Assembly (NCBI GenBank): GCA_964187785.1
Contig: OZ076409.1
Coordinates: forward strand, 44,146,001-44,210,000
Source: Amphiscolops sp. MND2022
Lineage: Eukaryota
Length of the DNA stretch: 64,000 nucleotides
Reading direction: 5' to 3'
The first letter of the stretch is position 1. Every line of letters begins with the position of its first letter. The notes below the pieces were generated by a model. The model saw only the letters and a list, made by a program, of their open reading frames with translations, did not search any database and was not told the origin of the DNA. Made by a program: the position numbers and the translations under genes. Positions 11,601 through 25,208 of the stretch are shown here, piece after piece.

Positions 11601-14600
11601 TGATTTTTCCGAATCCTTGTTGGTTTTCGATAATTCCGAAAATAATCATCTTTTTTGCACAAATCACACTATTGTACAATAGGGTAGCATAGAGCATTCG
11701 ACGTGTAATGGGTCGGAATAATGGTCGAATCTCACCATTGTTGAGTCTTGAAAAAATCCTTCATCCTTGACACTAAGTGTTATGATCATCACAAAAACGC
11801 CGAGCAGTCAGACCTTTGTGACCTTGAGCAAGTCACTGTTAAACCACATCTTGAAGGCGACCATTGCTTGACCACTTGGCTGCAAGGTATCCGAAAAAGT
11901 GCCTACTTAAAAGCAGAACTGCTTATTCGACGTCCACCCCGCGGAATGAAATTTCTATCATTCAATATATTGGAAATTGTTTATATGTTCTCAGTTTTTT
12001 TAAAAACCTACGAGTTTTTTCAAACCTTAGGCTTGAATATTTGTTTCAGAAACTGGGCTGAACATTTGAACATTGGTGCTTTGATCGAAGCTTCCGACAC
12101 CTTCATCTCCAATAACTTTCTACAGATCTCGGGAAGCGAGGAGTTCAATATGCTTCCATACAATGCTATCAAAGCCATTGTGGCCAAGTAAGTTTTAAAA
12201 CAACTTGAAAAGGCATTATTTGAATTTCTATGCCAAGTGAAATTGTTTCCATCGTCGCGAATATGTTTAAATCAATATAATTCTAGGAATTTGACAAATT
12301 AATTGAAATTATAATTAATTCTTGATTCGATATAAATAAAATTTATTGCACTGTTAACACTGGTCTCAGAATTTCGCTGAAACCCTTTCTTTTCATAATT
12401 GTGCAATAAATGAAGTTTTCACCGGGTTTATAACTTGAAGCAATTCAATTACTGAATGAGGTCTTTGTTTTCAGCCCTTCCTTGAACATAACATGTGAAA
12501 CTGAAGTATTCGAAGCTGTCCTGATGTGGGTCAAGTCCGACTTAGAAGCGAGATCGGAGCAGCTGTATCCAATCATGCGTGACGTCAGACTGGCCATGAT
12601 TCCGAAGCATTACCTGATATCCACCCTGGAAACAGATCCAGTTTTCAAAGCTGATGCTGGCTGTCGAGAACTGCTGAACCAAGCCAAGAGCTACCACCTC
12701 ATGGACCCTGGAAGCAGCAGTGGCATGAACGTGGCAGTCGCTCTCGGAATGAGTCCTGATAAAATTGTTCCCCGACATGCTACAGCAGGTTCGTGTAGTT
12801 TCATTGCGCATTGTCTTGTCTTTTGAATGGTTGCAAATTTTTGAAATGATGTAAATGCGTTATATCAACAAGATTTATATCGTGCCGTCAATGCTGAAAT
12901 GACAGCATTTGAGAGTATTCGAAAATAATTTCTTATGAAATAATGATTTTGTTTTCAAATCCACAGAATTTAAATTATTCAGGTTGGATTTTTTGTGACC
13001 AGGAACCGATTAGGTTTTTAATCACAAGATTTATTTGTAATATAATATATACGTGCACCACTGTTTATCCCTATTTAGTGGTGTTTGGAGATGAGAACAT
13101 GGAAAATAATTTGATTGTAGTCTGCCTGCTCCAAAGGTGTTATCAATTGATTTTTCATTGAATTAGTATTTTGCAATGATGATCTTTTTCAGGCGTTCTT
13201 TTCTGTATCGGTGGCAGAGGCGCGACCGGTGACCCGTTCCGTACCACTGAAGTGTACAACCCCATCAGCCGCAAATGGTTCCATATCGCCGAAATGAGCA
13301 CCAAAAGGCGCCACGTTGGAGTCTGCTCTATCAACGGTTATTCTTGTTTCTACTTGAATCTATCTTTTTCTTATCCATCAAAGTGAACATAGGCTTTGAA
13401 GATATGAAAAATATTCTTCACTTGAAAAGATCCTTTTTGGCTGAATTTTCTGTACACTTGCTCGATCAAATCATTTCCATCAGTCCCGCAATATATTTGC
13501 CCGTAGTATTTTACGGGAACTTTCTTGGGGAACCAAGCTGACTTCCTTGGCGTTAACTGTGGGCAGTTTGTTTGTCCATCCAGGCAGTTTTTTATCTATA
13601 GTTTTCGTTCCTAGTGGATGATTTGTTTAGTCTTCGTATATTTTTGTTTCAATTGCAGGCAAAGTGTATGCAGCTGGAGGCCACGATGGAAAGAGACACC
13701 TGAAAAGTGTGGAGATGTATGACACCCAGTTGGGCCAGTGGTCCATGCTCAGTCCCATGCAGACCCATCGGTGAGAACTTATCCATCATCATCCATCTTT
13801 CTTCGAGCGTCATGTCACGAACATAGTTGAATCATTCAGTAAAATGAGATTGGCGCTGTAGATAAACAAGCCGGGACCGGCCCAAGTCGGCGCCATATCT
13901 AAGGCTCAAAAATAGCAAAAGGACTTCAAAAAGTCGAAGTAGTGGTGAATTGGGGACCCTTTTATGAGTTTTTTTTGAAAAAGTCTCACAATGCCGAAAA
14001 AACTGAAAGGGGGGACACTTTGGGATTTTTCAACATCCATTCTGTCGCAAAATTCCAAAAAAATTGAAGGGGACCCTTTGGGTGAAAAATTTTCCCCGAA
14101 AAAAGTTGCAATGGCGAAAAAAGCAAAGAGGGAACCCTTTGGTGTCGTCCGGTATTGTATGTTACTCGGAAAACCTTTTTGGTTCAGTTCCTTAGGCCAA
14201 CTGGTAGAATTTGGCGTCTTCTTAGAATTTTGTAGAACTTTTGGGGTAGAACTATTTTGGTTACTTCAGATGTATCGAAAAAAGACACTGACGAAAAGCC
14301 ATGACTATAGTCGACTCTTTTCTCTAGTAAAGCGCCGACTAAAAAATAACTGTTGATGGCAGAAAGGGCAATTGCATTAGTTGAAAAGCAGTCAAAGTGA
14401 AAAAGCCCAGCTCTAAATTAAATTAGATTTCGATGAAAAACAAGTATGAACAAAGGTAATTCTAAAATTAAGACAACAACAAAAAATGTTAACGGAGTTT
14501 CTAATGCATTGCTGCATTTCGAAAATTCAAGTAGTTTTCTCTGTCTTAGGAGAGGCCTGGCAGTTGTATCTCTGGGCAGTGCTATTTTCGCCGTGGGTGG

Positions 14601-17600
14601 TCTCGACGACTCCTCCTGCTTCGACACAGTAGAGCGATACGACACAATGGAAGACCAGTGGACGAGTGTGGCCAGCATGAACCACCGCAGAGGAGGAGCC
14701 GGTCTCGTTGCTCTCGAAGTAAGTCTATACACTAGACGCGTATTTACTGGGGGTATGCCCGTAAGGGGCACGGGCGTCATCTACGGGCAACGGTCGCGCC
14801 CCCTACGGGCATTTCTTGGGGAGAAAATGTCTCGATCGATCATCAATTTCTTGAAAGGATACTTATGTACTTTCAACATCAATAGGTGTGAAAGTTAAAA
14901 TGTCTCCAAAGTTTTTTTGTGATTCTATCTTATGAAAAGAAGGTCGTCGACCACCTCATCGCGTAGGTTACCCCTCAGGATTAAAGCCTGAGGGTGTTTC
15001 TGACTCAAATGCAGTTTAAGACTGTTCGTTCCTGTTGTTTGGGCATTGTATATAAAGCTGGCATTACATTGCTTACAATTCGCCTTCCCGTTTGTAAAAT
15101 GAAAAAAGGAACCATAAGTAAAATTGCCGTAACGAATTATAAAAAGCATTTGATTATCGTTCCAATCAAAACTTGACTTTTTTGAAAATATACTACGCAA
15201 TGAGAACACTGAATTATACCTTTGCTATTAAAAACAAAATCAACTTGGTTTTAAAACAAAGCAGTGTACTACGCTAAATGAGATTCATCTTAATCATAAG
15301 TATTGAAAGTCATGTGAATCGACATTTTAAAAAAGCAGGGGTTTCATGAAAATTGAAATCTTTCCAACACTTTGTTATATTCGGGAAGGTTTATTTCGTT
15401 TCTAAATTTTTCTAGAAAAAACTTTCGTTTTCGCTTTTATTGTTTGATATGAATGTCGTTCCGTTTTCTAATTTTTCGGTTAAGGTATTTCATATTGGGA
15501 CCACTTTGCTGAAAAAGCTATTTTCAATAAAGATACTGTCGCCTTTGACATTGCGATAGATTTGATCGGCTCGTTTATGTTCTCTAATAACAGCAGCCGT
15601 TGGTCTATTGTCATTCGTTAAAGAAGGAACGATGTGACAGAACTTTCAAAAAATAAAGCCTATTTCAATTTCAAGAAGTATCGTATAGGTAACATATCAT
15701 GTAAAAGTTTCAGAACCGCTGAGTGATCACATTTTCTATTAAAAAATGCTTTAACCGCCCAGCTCAGTTGTTTTTCCAAAATTGTCAATAGATTTTCGGA
15801 AATTCCATTGCGCAAGATGGCAGAATAATGAACATGACTGATAACAAGTGCATATAATATCATTATCCGAGTTTTCTCGGGAAATGATTCTCGTAGTGTG
15901 CATAATGTTTTGATTCCGCATGCCATTTTTTTTTTCAAAAGATTCTTGACTTCATTTTGAAAATTTAAGTTCTGATCAAGAAAGACTCCAAGGTAATTAA
16001 CACAGTCCGAAGTTTTGATTGTTTCATTTCTCACCATCAATTCTTGATTTTTCATTTAATTGTTTTCGGATGGTTTGCAGAAAATTATGAATTCAGTCTT
16101 ATCTGCGTTGATAGTCAGTCTTTGGCATTAAAAAAAAGTGCACTGGTTTTTTTTACTTTCGAGATTTTGTATCACTTGGTTTTTATCTTGATGGGCTGAA
16201 TATATCATGGTATCATCAGCAAATTGTATAAGTTGACAATTATTAGAAACCGATTTTCTCCTACTATTGACGTAAATATTGAAAAAGAGGCCCCAATACA
16301 GTGCCTTGTGGAACACCTTGATATATTTGAATCCAATCCAATTTACAAGTGGTGAGCATCACTTTTTTAGATAATTTTATCAATGAGACTGCATGGTTAC
16401 CAAAATTTAGTTCTCGCAATTTGTCCAGCAAATTAGAGTGAGAAATCGAATCAAACGCTATGAGAAATCGAATCAAACGCTAATGTGACAATACACAGAC
16501 TGATGATTTAAAGAACAGTGTATAGTATGTGTGTACAGTGTAAAATGAGAGATGAACTAAAAGTAACGCAGTAAATAGGAAACTGTGGATGCATGCCACG
16601 CCGCGGCTGTGTGAACAAATTAATGTAAACAAATCAAATTGAAATGTAAGCATCTAATTTACGGGCCAGTTCTTCTACGGACGGGCATTTTCTAGTTACG
16701 GACGGGTATTTGGCCTACGGGCAACGGACGGGCGTTAAAACGGGCTACCCCCATCTTTTTTATACACTCTGACATCATATTCATCTTTGAATAAACGAAT
16801 CAGTTTTTCATCTTTTCAAAAAATCTGATTTTAACCGCTAAGCTAACAAGATTGGTGTAGCTTATACTTTTAACCAATGGATTCAGAGTTATTTCTGTCA
16901 ACGTGGCTTCAGTGTAAGTATTTTCAACCAAAAAAAAATGTTAAACCGTTATCTGGACCGCAAAATTTTGTCCGCTGTGTCCAGTGTTGGCTGATTTAAA
17001 TCAACAGTCAGAATCCGATTTAAATCAAGAGTTGAATGAAAGTCTTTTTGGTTGATTTATTCCTAGTGTATATTTGTATATAGTGAAGGAAAAAATTGTG
17101 TACACTCCAAGGAGCGCAATCGCCTAGGAGTGGAAAAATCAGCAAAGCTGGTTTTCGTTCTGAAAACCCTGAACATGTCCCGATGATTGTTAAGAATTAT
17201 ATTATGCTTTCTAAGTTGCGCAGTAAAAATCTTTTCAAACTAACACAGTAGGTGACTTTGATTTAATTTTTTTTAAAATCCGATTTAAATAAAAATATCC
17301 GATTTTCTGATTTTTAAAATAAAAACCCGATTTTTTTCCAACACTGGCTGTGTCCAATTTTCGTTTCAACCAGAAGCTTAGTGACAAAGTGATTTTTCGC
17401 TCCGCTGAAAAATGATATAAACTAGATATATTACAGCCAGTAGTTGAGAAATTAGCGGACGATTTTCGTGAATTTAGCAGTTTGTCATTGCTTGACCTCC
17501 ATGCTTTTCAGTAACTCCAGTGAATGTTTCAGGGCAATCTTTATGCTATTGGTGGCAACGACGGCGTCTCCTCTCTGAGTTGCTGTGAGAAATACGACCC

Positions 17601-19508
17601 CTACTTGAACAAGTGGATCGAAATCAGCTCCATGACTGTACGCAGAGCAGGAGCTGGAATTGCTGTTTACGGCGGTCGCATCTTCGCTGCCGGTTCGCAT
17701 AATTTTGTATGATTAATTCGTCTGCTGGTAACTTTCTGCAAGTGAAACGTCTGGTACTTCTATCTAGCATGCAAAATTCATTGATCGAAGTATACATTAT
17801 TGAGCTAGTTTTCAATTGAATGCCCGGTTTGTTTCCAGGCGGCTTTGACGATAATGCCCCTCTGAAGTGCGTGGAATGCTATGACCCTGAGACCAACTCC
17901 TGGACCTCTCTGTCCCCTATGTTGTCCAGTAGAGGCGGGGTCGGACTCGCTTGTCTGGCAGGAAAGTTGTATGCCGTTGGGGGCCACGATGGAAGCAATT
18001 ACCTTGACACTGTTGAAACTTATGACCCGTTGAGAGACGTGTAAGTGGAAACTGTCATTGCAATACTTCAATGATGAAATTAGTTTTCAATTTGATTTCA
18101 TGATCCCAAAATCAGGAATGATGAAAATCATGATTGTTTTGAGAAAATTCAAACGAGAAAATCCAATTTCCGAAAAAAAATCACGATCGGATTTAGGAAT
18201 GGGATTCACTCAAAAACTTCAAGTGTATAACATCAAAACTATGGTGTAAAAATGCGAATGAACTGTAAAGTTTGTGTTTCGGAGTTATAGATTCAAAATT
18301 TTGGAACAAAATAACAGATGGAAGGCTTTCTCCGACCACAATCGATTTCGGTGATCGCTATGAATCCATCCAAAGGATGAAAACTTGCTCCGTTTTATGC
18401 GGTCGATGAAATGCATGAATATAGAGATAATGCGCGTTTTTAGTCGGCCTTTTAGGAGAAAAAGCACGACTCTTACAATAGCTAGTTTTTTTCGTCAGTT
18501 CAACGCGATCAGTTTTTTCTGCACTGTGCACTTTTACCATAAGTACTTAGTACTCGTTTTTGAACGCATCCAAAGCCTCTAACATGAAATACAAAACCAT
18601 TCCAAAGCAGAAGGGTCCCCCTTTCCACCATTTTTCGGCACATAGAGTTCCCTTTTTTCGGCTTTGCGAAACGTTTTTCCTAAAAATGTTTTAAATGTCT
18701 CCAAAGTGCCCCTTTCAATTTTTTGATATTTTGCAGCAGAATGGATGTTGAGAAATCACAAAGGGTCCCCCTTATAAATTTGTTTCGCCAAGTATTGTTT
18801 CTCCAAAAAACGTGAATCTAACAAAAATGTTAGAAAATGTGTTAGGGCGAATACATTTAGCGACGGTTAACGGCATGACCTCGTTTTTCCGGAGTCATTT
18901 TTCGGTTAATTTTATCAGCTAACTTATGCCGGGCCATTTTGTCTAGGGCTTTGCCGATTGGTGAAAGTTGCTCCCAATAATGCTAAAAGTTTCTTTTGAG
19001 TCCGAAATCCAAATTGTTGATAGCATCGCTCGGAATCTCATATTGATGTCCTTCGGCAACTAACTTTTTGGGATTTGATTTACCTTCGGAAATTGTTAAA
19101 ATGTATTTATTGCGAGAAGTTATTTGGAATTAGTAGAATGTTTTAGAAATTTATTTACAAGTCTTTCGTAGTTGCAGAATAGTGAGCCCCAAAGGCCTTT
19201 CATAGTGATCCTACCTTTCGAAAAAGTTCCGTATCACATAATTGGTTTCCCAAAATACCAAATAAGTCAACTTTAGGCTTAGAGCCATTCGTTATAGTTA
19301 ATTAAACCAGTTTGTGTTTGAAACCTTTTTTGTGTTTTATCCACGTCCTTAGTTGTTGATGGTAAGTATCGTGTGCTGTTTCAGGTGGGAGCCAAGCAGT
19401 GATATAAATGTTCCTCGAGCAGGAGCTGGCGTTGTTGCCGTCAACTGTCTGGTGTCCCGACTACAGGAAACTACGCACAAAGTGGCAAATGTACAAAGCT
19501 ATGTGTGA
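8695..19508 (+). CDS. KLHL8: Kelch-like protein 8 (BTB-BACK-6xKelch), ~714 aa; join(8695..8918,10276..10480,10647..10759,10954..11193,12050..12187,12475..12788,13193..13336,13659..13770,14550..14718,17533..17692,17839..18040,19385..19508)
   Basis: All 11 introns are GT-AG with compatible phases. [55 protein letters not shown]. Kelch repeats in KLHL8 order: [58 protein letters not shown]. Confidence 0.9.
13864..14346 (+). mobile_element. Repeat family B, full-length copy in KLHL8 intron 8
   Basis: Head AAACAAGCCGGGACCGGCCCAAGTCGGCGCCATATCTAAGGCTCAAAAA; tail TAGTCGACTC...AGCGCCGACTAAAAAA. Subterminal AGTCGGCGC is inverted as GCGCCGACT at the far end; A/T runs at both ends; no TSD. Confidence 0.8.
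14734..16760 (-). mobile_element. Decayed hAT-type DNA transposon with BED zinc-finger remnant (KLHL8 intron 9)
   Basis: Inverted ends TGGGGGTA(T)GCCCGT at 14748 and ACGGGCTACCCCCA ending 16753; multiple ACGGGC subterminal repeats; candidate TSD TATACACT (14726-14733 and 16761-16768). ORF 14925-15209 has BED motif [14 protein letters not shown]...[14 protein letters not shown]. Confidence 0.7.
15320..16482 (-). mobile_element. 5'-truncated, frameshifted non-LTR retrotransposon (LINE) RT fragment nested in the hAT element
   Basis: [32 protein letters not shown] and [12 protein letters not shown] across ORFs 16264-16476, 16128-16316 and 15660-16055. 22-bp tandem duplication (16439-16482) at the truncation point. 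3' boundary approximate. Confidence 0.85.
16982..17346. mobile_element. hAT MITE
   Basis: TIR CAGTGTTGG / CCAACACTG; perfect 8-bp TSD GCTGTGTC (16974-16981 and 17347-17354); repeated GATTTAAAT subterminal motifs. Confidence 0.9.
18436..18775 (-). mobile_element. Repeat family B fragment (KLHL8 intron 11)
   Basis: Tail TTTTTAGTCGGCC...GCACGACT; body homologous to ~59190-59520. Confidence 0.65.
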
Positions 19509-22500
19509 AACACTAACTACTACTTTGATCAAAAATCTAAACGAAGAGAAATCTGATTGTGCTTGCAGTTTTTGCGCCCTTTTACTTTGATTGGATGGAT
19601 TCCAAATGATTCGCGCCGCAAGTCCCGCTGGTTTCTGGATGAAGCGTGAATTATCTTGGGTCTAAACTTTTCTCGACTGGGCGAGACCGTCTGAATGTTC
19701 TTAAAGCGTTTTCTACTGGACGAACTCTCAAACACAGGCATTCATCTCGCGTGCCTTCGAACTATTTTTATTGAAGACAAAACGTAGACAAAACTAGTTT
19801 AATAATAGGTGTAACAAATTTTCCATTTCTTGTGCAATTTTTGCATTCTCAATTTTGGGCGATGAGTAAATGGGTGATAATTGGAGAATTTAATTTGAGA
19901 ACGTTCAATTTTGGATCCATAATGGAGCCATCACCCAATCTGTTATTGCGTAAATTTTCTAATACACTCTGAATTATAAGAAATTTATTCTTTCTATTTT
20001 CCGTTTTCTATCAAGCCAGGCGAATTGTTTTCATTTACGAACAACAATTTTCAAGATAATGCATGATAGATTAAAAACTTGAGTCAAAACAAAACATACC
20101 CCTGTAATTCTAATCAAAAATTGAGAAAGTTTTGCTCCTGAGACTCAATTGACCGTAAACTTCATTACGATTTGGAACAGGTCGTTAGCTTTTTGGTACC
20201 CTAGTGTATTTTTACGTTCAATTCCAGTTTCGCTCATTTCTGCATTACCAAGCTTGACTAATATTTTTCCATTGCTCAAATTTTGTCTGCCAATGAACAC
20301 TGTACCAGAATTTTTATTGATATCAAATGTAGAACAATATAGTATGAATATAGTGTAGTAGGACATGAAAAACTTTTCAACTCGTTTCCTCCTTGCTCTA
20401 GATAAACAATTCCTTTGTTTCCAGCTAAAAGCAGCATTCCCTATCACTCAAAAAAAGTTCGAAAATGTCCAAATTGTCTGCGACTTACAGAATACTCAAC
20501 TTTCTCACGTTGTTTGATCATCCGATTGGTTCAACAAGTTTGAAGGCATAGAAATTCGCTTTGAACCAATTGTAACATTTAAAACATTTCAGAAACTTTC
20601 CTGCATGACAGTCATGAAGGTGGTTGCCGGTAAAAGGCCTTTTGCTTTTCACCTCGTGTTGTTATCAACGTTGATGTAAGTAGAGAGACGTACACGGGGA
20701 GTGTGATTTCAACTGCTTCAAAACCTCGCTCACATCCTCGATTATATGGAATTCAAGAATATTAGAATGTATCTTGTTCCCACAAAGGGATCTCTAGGTT
20801 TTCAAGAAAAATTGCACCAATGATTCAATACTGAGCTTTTTAAAAATGTTCCAATTTTTCATTTCTGGTACTGTCAAAATTTAGAAGACCATATTTTATG
20901 ACTGGTGTTACATTAGCTTAATGGAATTGAAGTAGAAATTTACGTTGAAACATGCGCGTCATTTTGCACGATAGTCCACAGAACTTGTTCAAGTTCTTGT
21001 CAGATAGTGTGAATGTTCCCACAATGTCGAATTTGTGTCCAAATCAATACACATAGACAGTTAATTTGTTACTGGTAACCCACTTTCTTAAATGTAAACT
21101 ATCGTCAAACAAGTCGCTAGTAGCATTACTGTTCAGGATATATATTGACGTATCATATGCAATAATGGTAAATTATTCCTTTCACCGCACTGTGGAACCT
21201 TGGTGAAGAAAACGCCGAACACCGAGACCTGATAAACACGGTTCTTCTATTTTTCAACTGGCTGTGTTTTTTGTAACAACGTGTTGTCAGTCAGCGAGTT
21301 AAGTTTTCATGATTTTTAAAATCGATCGTCGGTATCCATACTTCTGTTTTATCAATAGATTTCGATGATCGACTGTCAAATGCTTTTTGTATGTCAATGA
21401 AGCAGAAATAACCGTTCATTCGTGATTTTTTTGAGGATGTTTTCAATTTTTGCTTGTAGCCACAATGGATTTTTTTGTTTTCTTAGAGCACTAGGCTATT
21501 GACCCTTACATCTGAGACATTTCGATAAAATTCCAAAAGTGCCCTAAAGTGACAGTTAGAGAATGTCACACGAGAACGTCTAAAATTGGCGCCTCACTTA
21601 AGGCTCAAACAGCTCGAGATCTAAACATGTCCGGGGTGGTGTGTAGAAAAATTCCTATACGTAGGAGAGCCAGGAGGTCTTCTTTATAATGGAAAAGCCT
21701 GGTCGTAGTAAAATCTTAAAAATCATGATGAAAGAAAGAGAAAGTATATCTTTAACGACAAGTATATCTGCTGTAATAAATTTTATTTAATAAATGCAAT
21801 TTCAACATCCAATACGGACGCAAAATGAGCACAACCGCTCTTCTAGTTTGCGCCCTACCAATTAAAATACAATTGAAAGCACTTTACTTGAGAAGTGAAA
21901 ACTACCTTGCAGTGTTACAGAATAGACCTAAGAGTAGAACATCGAAAAAAGTTCTCTATTATCAACAACATAAATGATGAAAAAAAAACTTTTCGTAAAA
22001 ATGAACAGTCCTGAAAAACTAAAAAAGGATGGACCTTTTGATACTGTTGGGATTTACAATTCTCATTTGAACAGTTCTATTAGCTCTAAGTGCTCATTTG
22101 AAAATTGAGTTTTAACATGAATTTGAGAATGCATGAGACCAAAGGGTCCTCCATTGAGATTTTGAGACAAGGCGACATTTTTCTCCTCAAAATCAGCGTC
22201 GCAATGTTCTAAACACCACCCCAAGTTAGTGAACGCGTCAAAATTTGTTTCTCTTTTGTCGTATTGACGGGCTGAATTGAAATCCAAGAGAAGCTGTGGA
22301 ACTGTGATTTCGTATTCTGTTAAAAACGCAATAGCAAAAGATTCGGGCTTATAAAATTTTTCACCTGAATCCGGTTTTATGAATTCAAAAAAGCATACAA
22401 AGACGAAAAACTTCCAACATGGATTTTTTAGGGAAAAAGATTTTTTCAAGTGAAAATGTTTTTAAAATTAGATTTAATTTTTGAAATTTTTCCGAGAAAT

Positions 22501-25208
22501 ATTTTTTGGTCTAGAGTCTATGAGTCGCACAGTGCTCAAACTACGCAAATGTTTGACCTTCAGGTTTGAAGATTGTTTTCGTAAACGAAGACTTCGAGAA
22601 TAGATGTCTCCTTCATGCAATAGACATGAAATTGACAAAACATTTCAGGAAAAAAACATATAGTACTAAAATCCCGAGTTGTTTCTATTTGCTCAACAAA
22701 ATTAAAAAAAACTCTCATCAGTGTCCCAGTTTGGAAAATTCACTAAAAGTCCAACCTTGAGACTCGAAAACACTTTACGTTACCCCATTGGAATGAACTC
22801 TACTTTTGCAAAAATGAACAACTTTGGTCCATGCGTGACTCGAACCTGTACTCCTGCCATCCAGACCCTGTCATCTTGTAGAGTTAACCCGCATTAACCT
22901 TTCCGCCAAGTGAAAAGTACTTGAAGCAAAATCTGAAAACTATTGGCGAAAGTGATGGAAAGAAATTCAAATCTAGCTCTAATACAAAAAATACAAATGA
23001 AACGTTGTTAAAAAAGGTGGGGCCATGTAGCTTGACTTTCAATTCCCAATGTCGCAGCCTAGAGCTTACGTCGGGTCCGAAGTGCAACAATGATGGCAAA
23101 TGCTTCATACCGTCTTCAAAACATTCATTCAAAAACTTGTTACTTTCTAAAATTTCTGTCATAAAAATTTTTTTGAATGAAATTTTGATAACAGCGATGA
23201 TAGTTTTTGTTTACTGTGACATTTAATATTTTGACTTGGATGATACCGTAATTACGAATGAAGGCCGTACAGGAGAGGATTATTACACCCAATAAACAGG
23301 TGTATTTCTCGCCCCTTCATTAAAGGATCAACGTTTTTCAAAAACTATCAGCGAAGATTTTCAGGAAAACTTTTTTAAAATGAAGTGCCGAAAGAACAGA
23401 AGGGACCTTCGGGCCTCTAAACCTAATTTTGTGTTTATGCACAATTTAGTTGAAAACAGTGTGCAAAATATTTTACCAAGTAGCACAGTGTCGCAAAATT
23501 AGGAAGACGACGGTTTCCCTCTTGTAGCTTCGTACATTAGGTTAGAATGTGAAAACATCAGAGGAGGACCTGTTAGTGCACTTTCAGTTTTTAGACTGAA
23601 AGACAGTAGGAAGTGAATCTTCCACAGAGAAAATTGTCATGTTAAAAAAGAGAAGACTAGAAGGCTCAAATTGTGATGAACGAAACTAAAGCCTCTTTGA
23701 ATTTTTGTAAGTCCTTCAAACTGGTCAAAACCTTTGCAGCAGTTTTACCTGTTTTGTATGTAGCCAAGTTTCACTGGTAGACTTTTTGTTATCTATTCAA
23801 AAATTTTTCTTGTTAAAAGCAACGTTATAATCAGTCAAACTCTTACAAACTTGAGCGGACAAGAAAGACATTCAAAACGAAAAACCCGCTGTCTTCAATT
23901 TTTAGTCGTAGCGATAAAAAACGCAGACTATCAACATCAGTAGTGGCTTTGTTCAAGACCAGCGAACTGACATATTTCTAACGTTGTTGACTTTCAAAAT
24001 TTTGTAATTACCTTGCTCCTGCCTTCTAGCCTAGTGGTTACGGTGTAAGTGGCACTTTCTGGGAATCAGGTGTAAATGGGTCCAAACATTGCGCTGGACA
24101 CATTTTTTGGTTCCAAAAACGGCAGAGAGACCAGTGGGGTTTTCGGCACTGTGCATTGTTTTGAGTTATTCAATAGAGGAAGTTATTCGCCCTCTTTGAT
24201 ATTTAGCCAATACAAACTGTTTTACAAGCACAGAGGGCTCCTTAGGGTTTTTTGGCTCTCTGTTAACTCTTAAAGAGACCAATTAACAGCACTCTAGTGC
24301 CATTTGACTAAACTCACATCCAATTCAAATACTGTCCTAATTTTTTCGCCTATATCCTTTAGAGTAATCAATACTTCAACAATCTCTTTCCTCTGAGTTA
24401 CTGAAATAGAGAAAAAAGGTGACCTGCACTGATCATCCAATCAAATTAAGCACAACCATAATAAAAGTTTCTACAAACACTACTATAAAAAGCCTATCTG
24501 GCTGTTCGAAGCATGACATGGTGACAGGGGTCCTTTCTCTTTCATCATATTCCCGAACGGCAGAAAGTATTTCTCTCTCTCCAAGACAACTGACAAGCTG
24601 TATCCAAGTTGCCGGAGTCGCTAAGGCGGATCGTCATTCCCACCTAAACTTACACCTCAAAAGGGGCGCTTCGACATTTTTTGATCAATTGCTACGAGCA
24701 TCTCGAGAATACTATGATGACGCTATCACAGCCTTACGATCTCGCTATATAAATGATCAGCGAGTCCAGCTACAAAAACTGGTTTTTCAATTGCGGAAAA
24801 TGAAAACCTCAGATGAAATAGTCAAAACAATCTCACAGAACTACAACGCTAAGCCTTGGAAGCCTACCCGAATTTAAAATCTCGAACAGCTGCAGTTGGT
24901 CGCCCAGCAGTTGCAGCGCAAATCCGTGCCCAAGAACGTACTCGTTGGGTTCGACAAGCATTCCATCAATGGAATGCCTCCCAAACTAAATTTCTTCTCA
25001 CACAACCAGATGATACAAGAATAGATCTCTGCGCGGACGCTGCTAGTCGCTTAATTGTAGATGGTTTTTACCCAGAAGACGATAACACAGCTTTCAACGA
25101 ACTTCGAGGCAGTTCCTCCGAAGATTTTTTCACCGGAATCAAAAAAACTCACTAAGGGTCAGACCAATTTTCAATACGAAACAATAACAATTGTCAGAAT
25201 AACCAAAA

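Noticed and set aside
19600..24400. Possible decayed coding remnants between KLHL8 and Gypsy-1 (also 7000-8050)
   Set aside because: No motif I could identify beyond scraps of family B-like and SINE-like sequence; would need a translated search.
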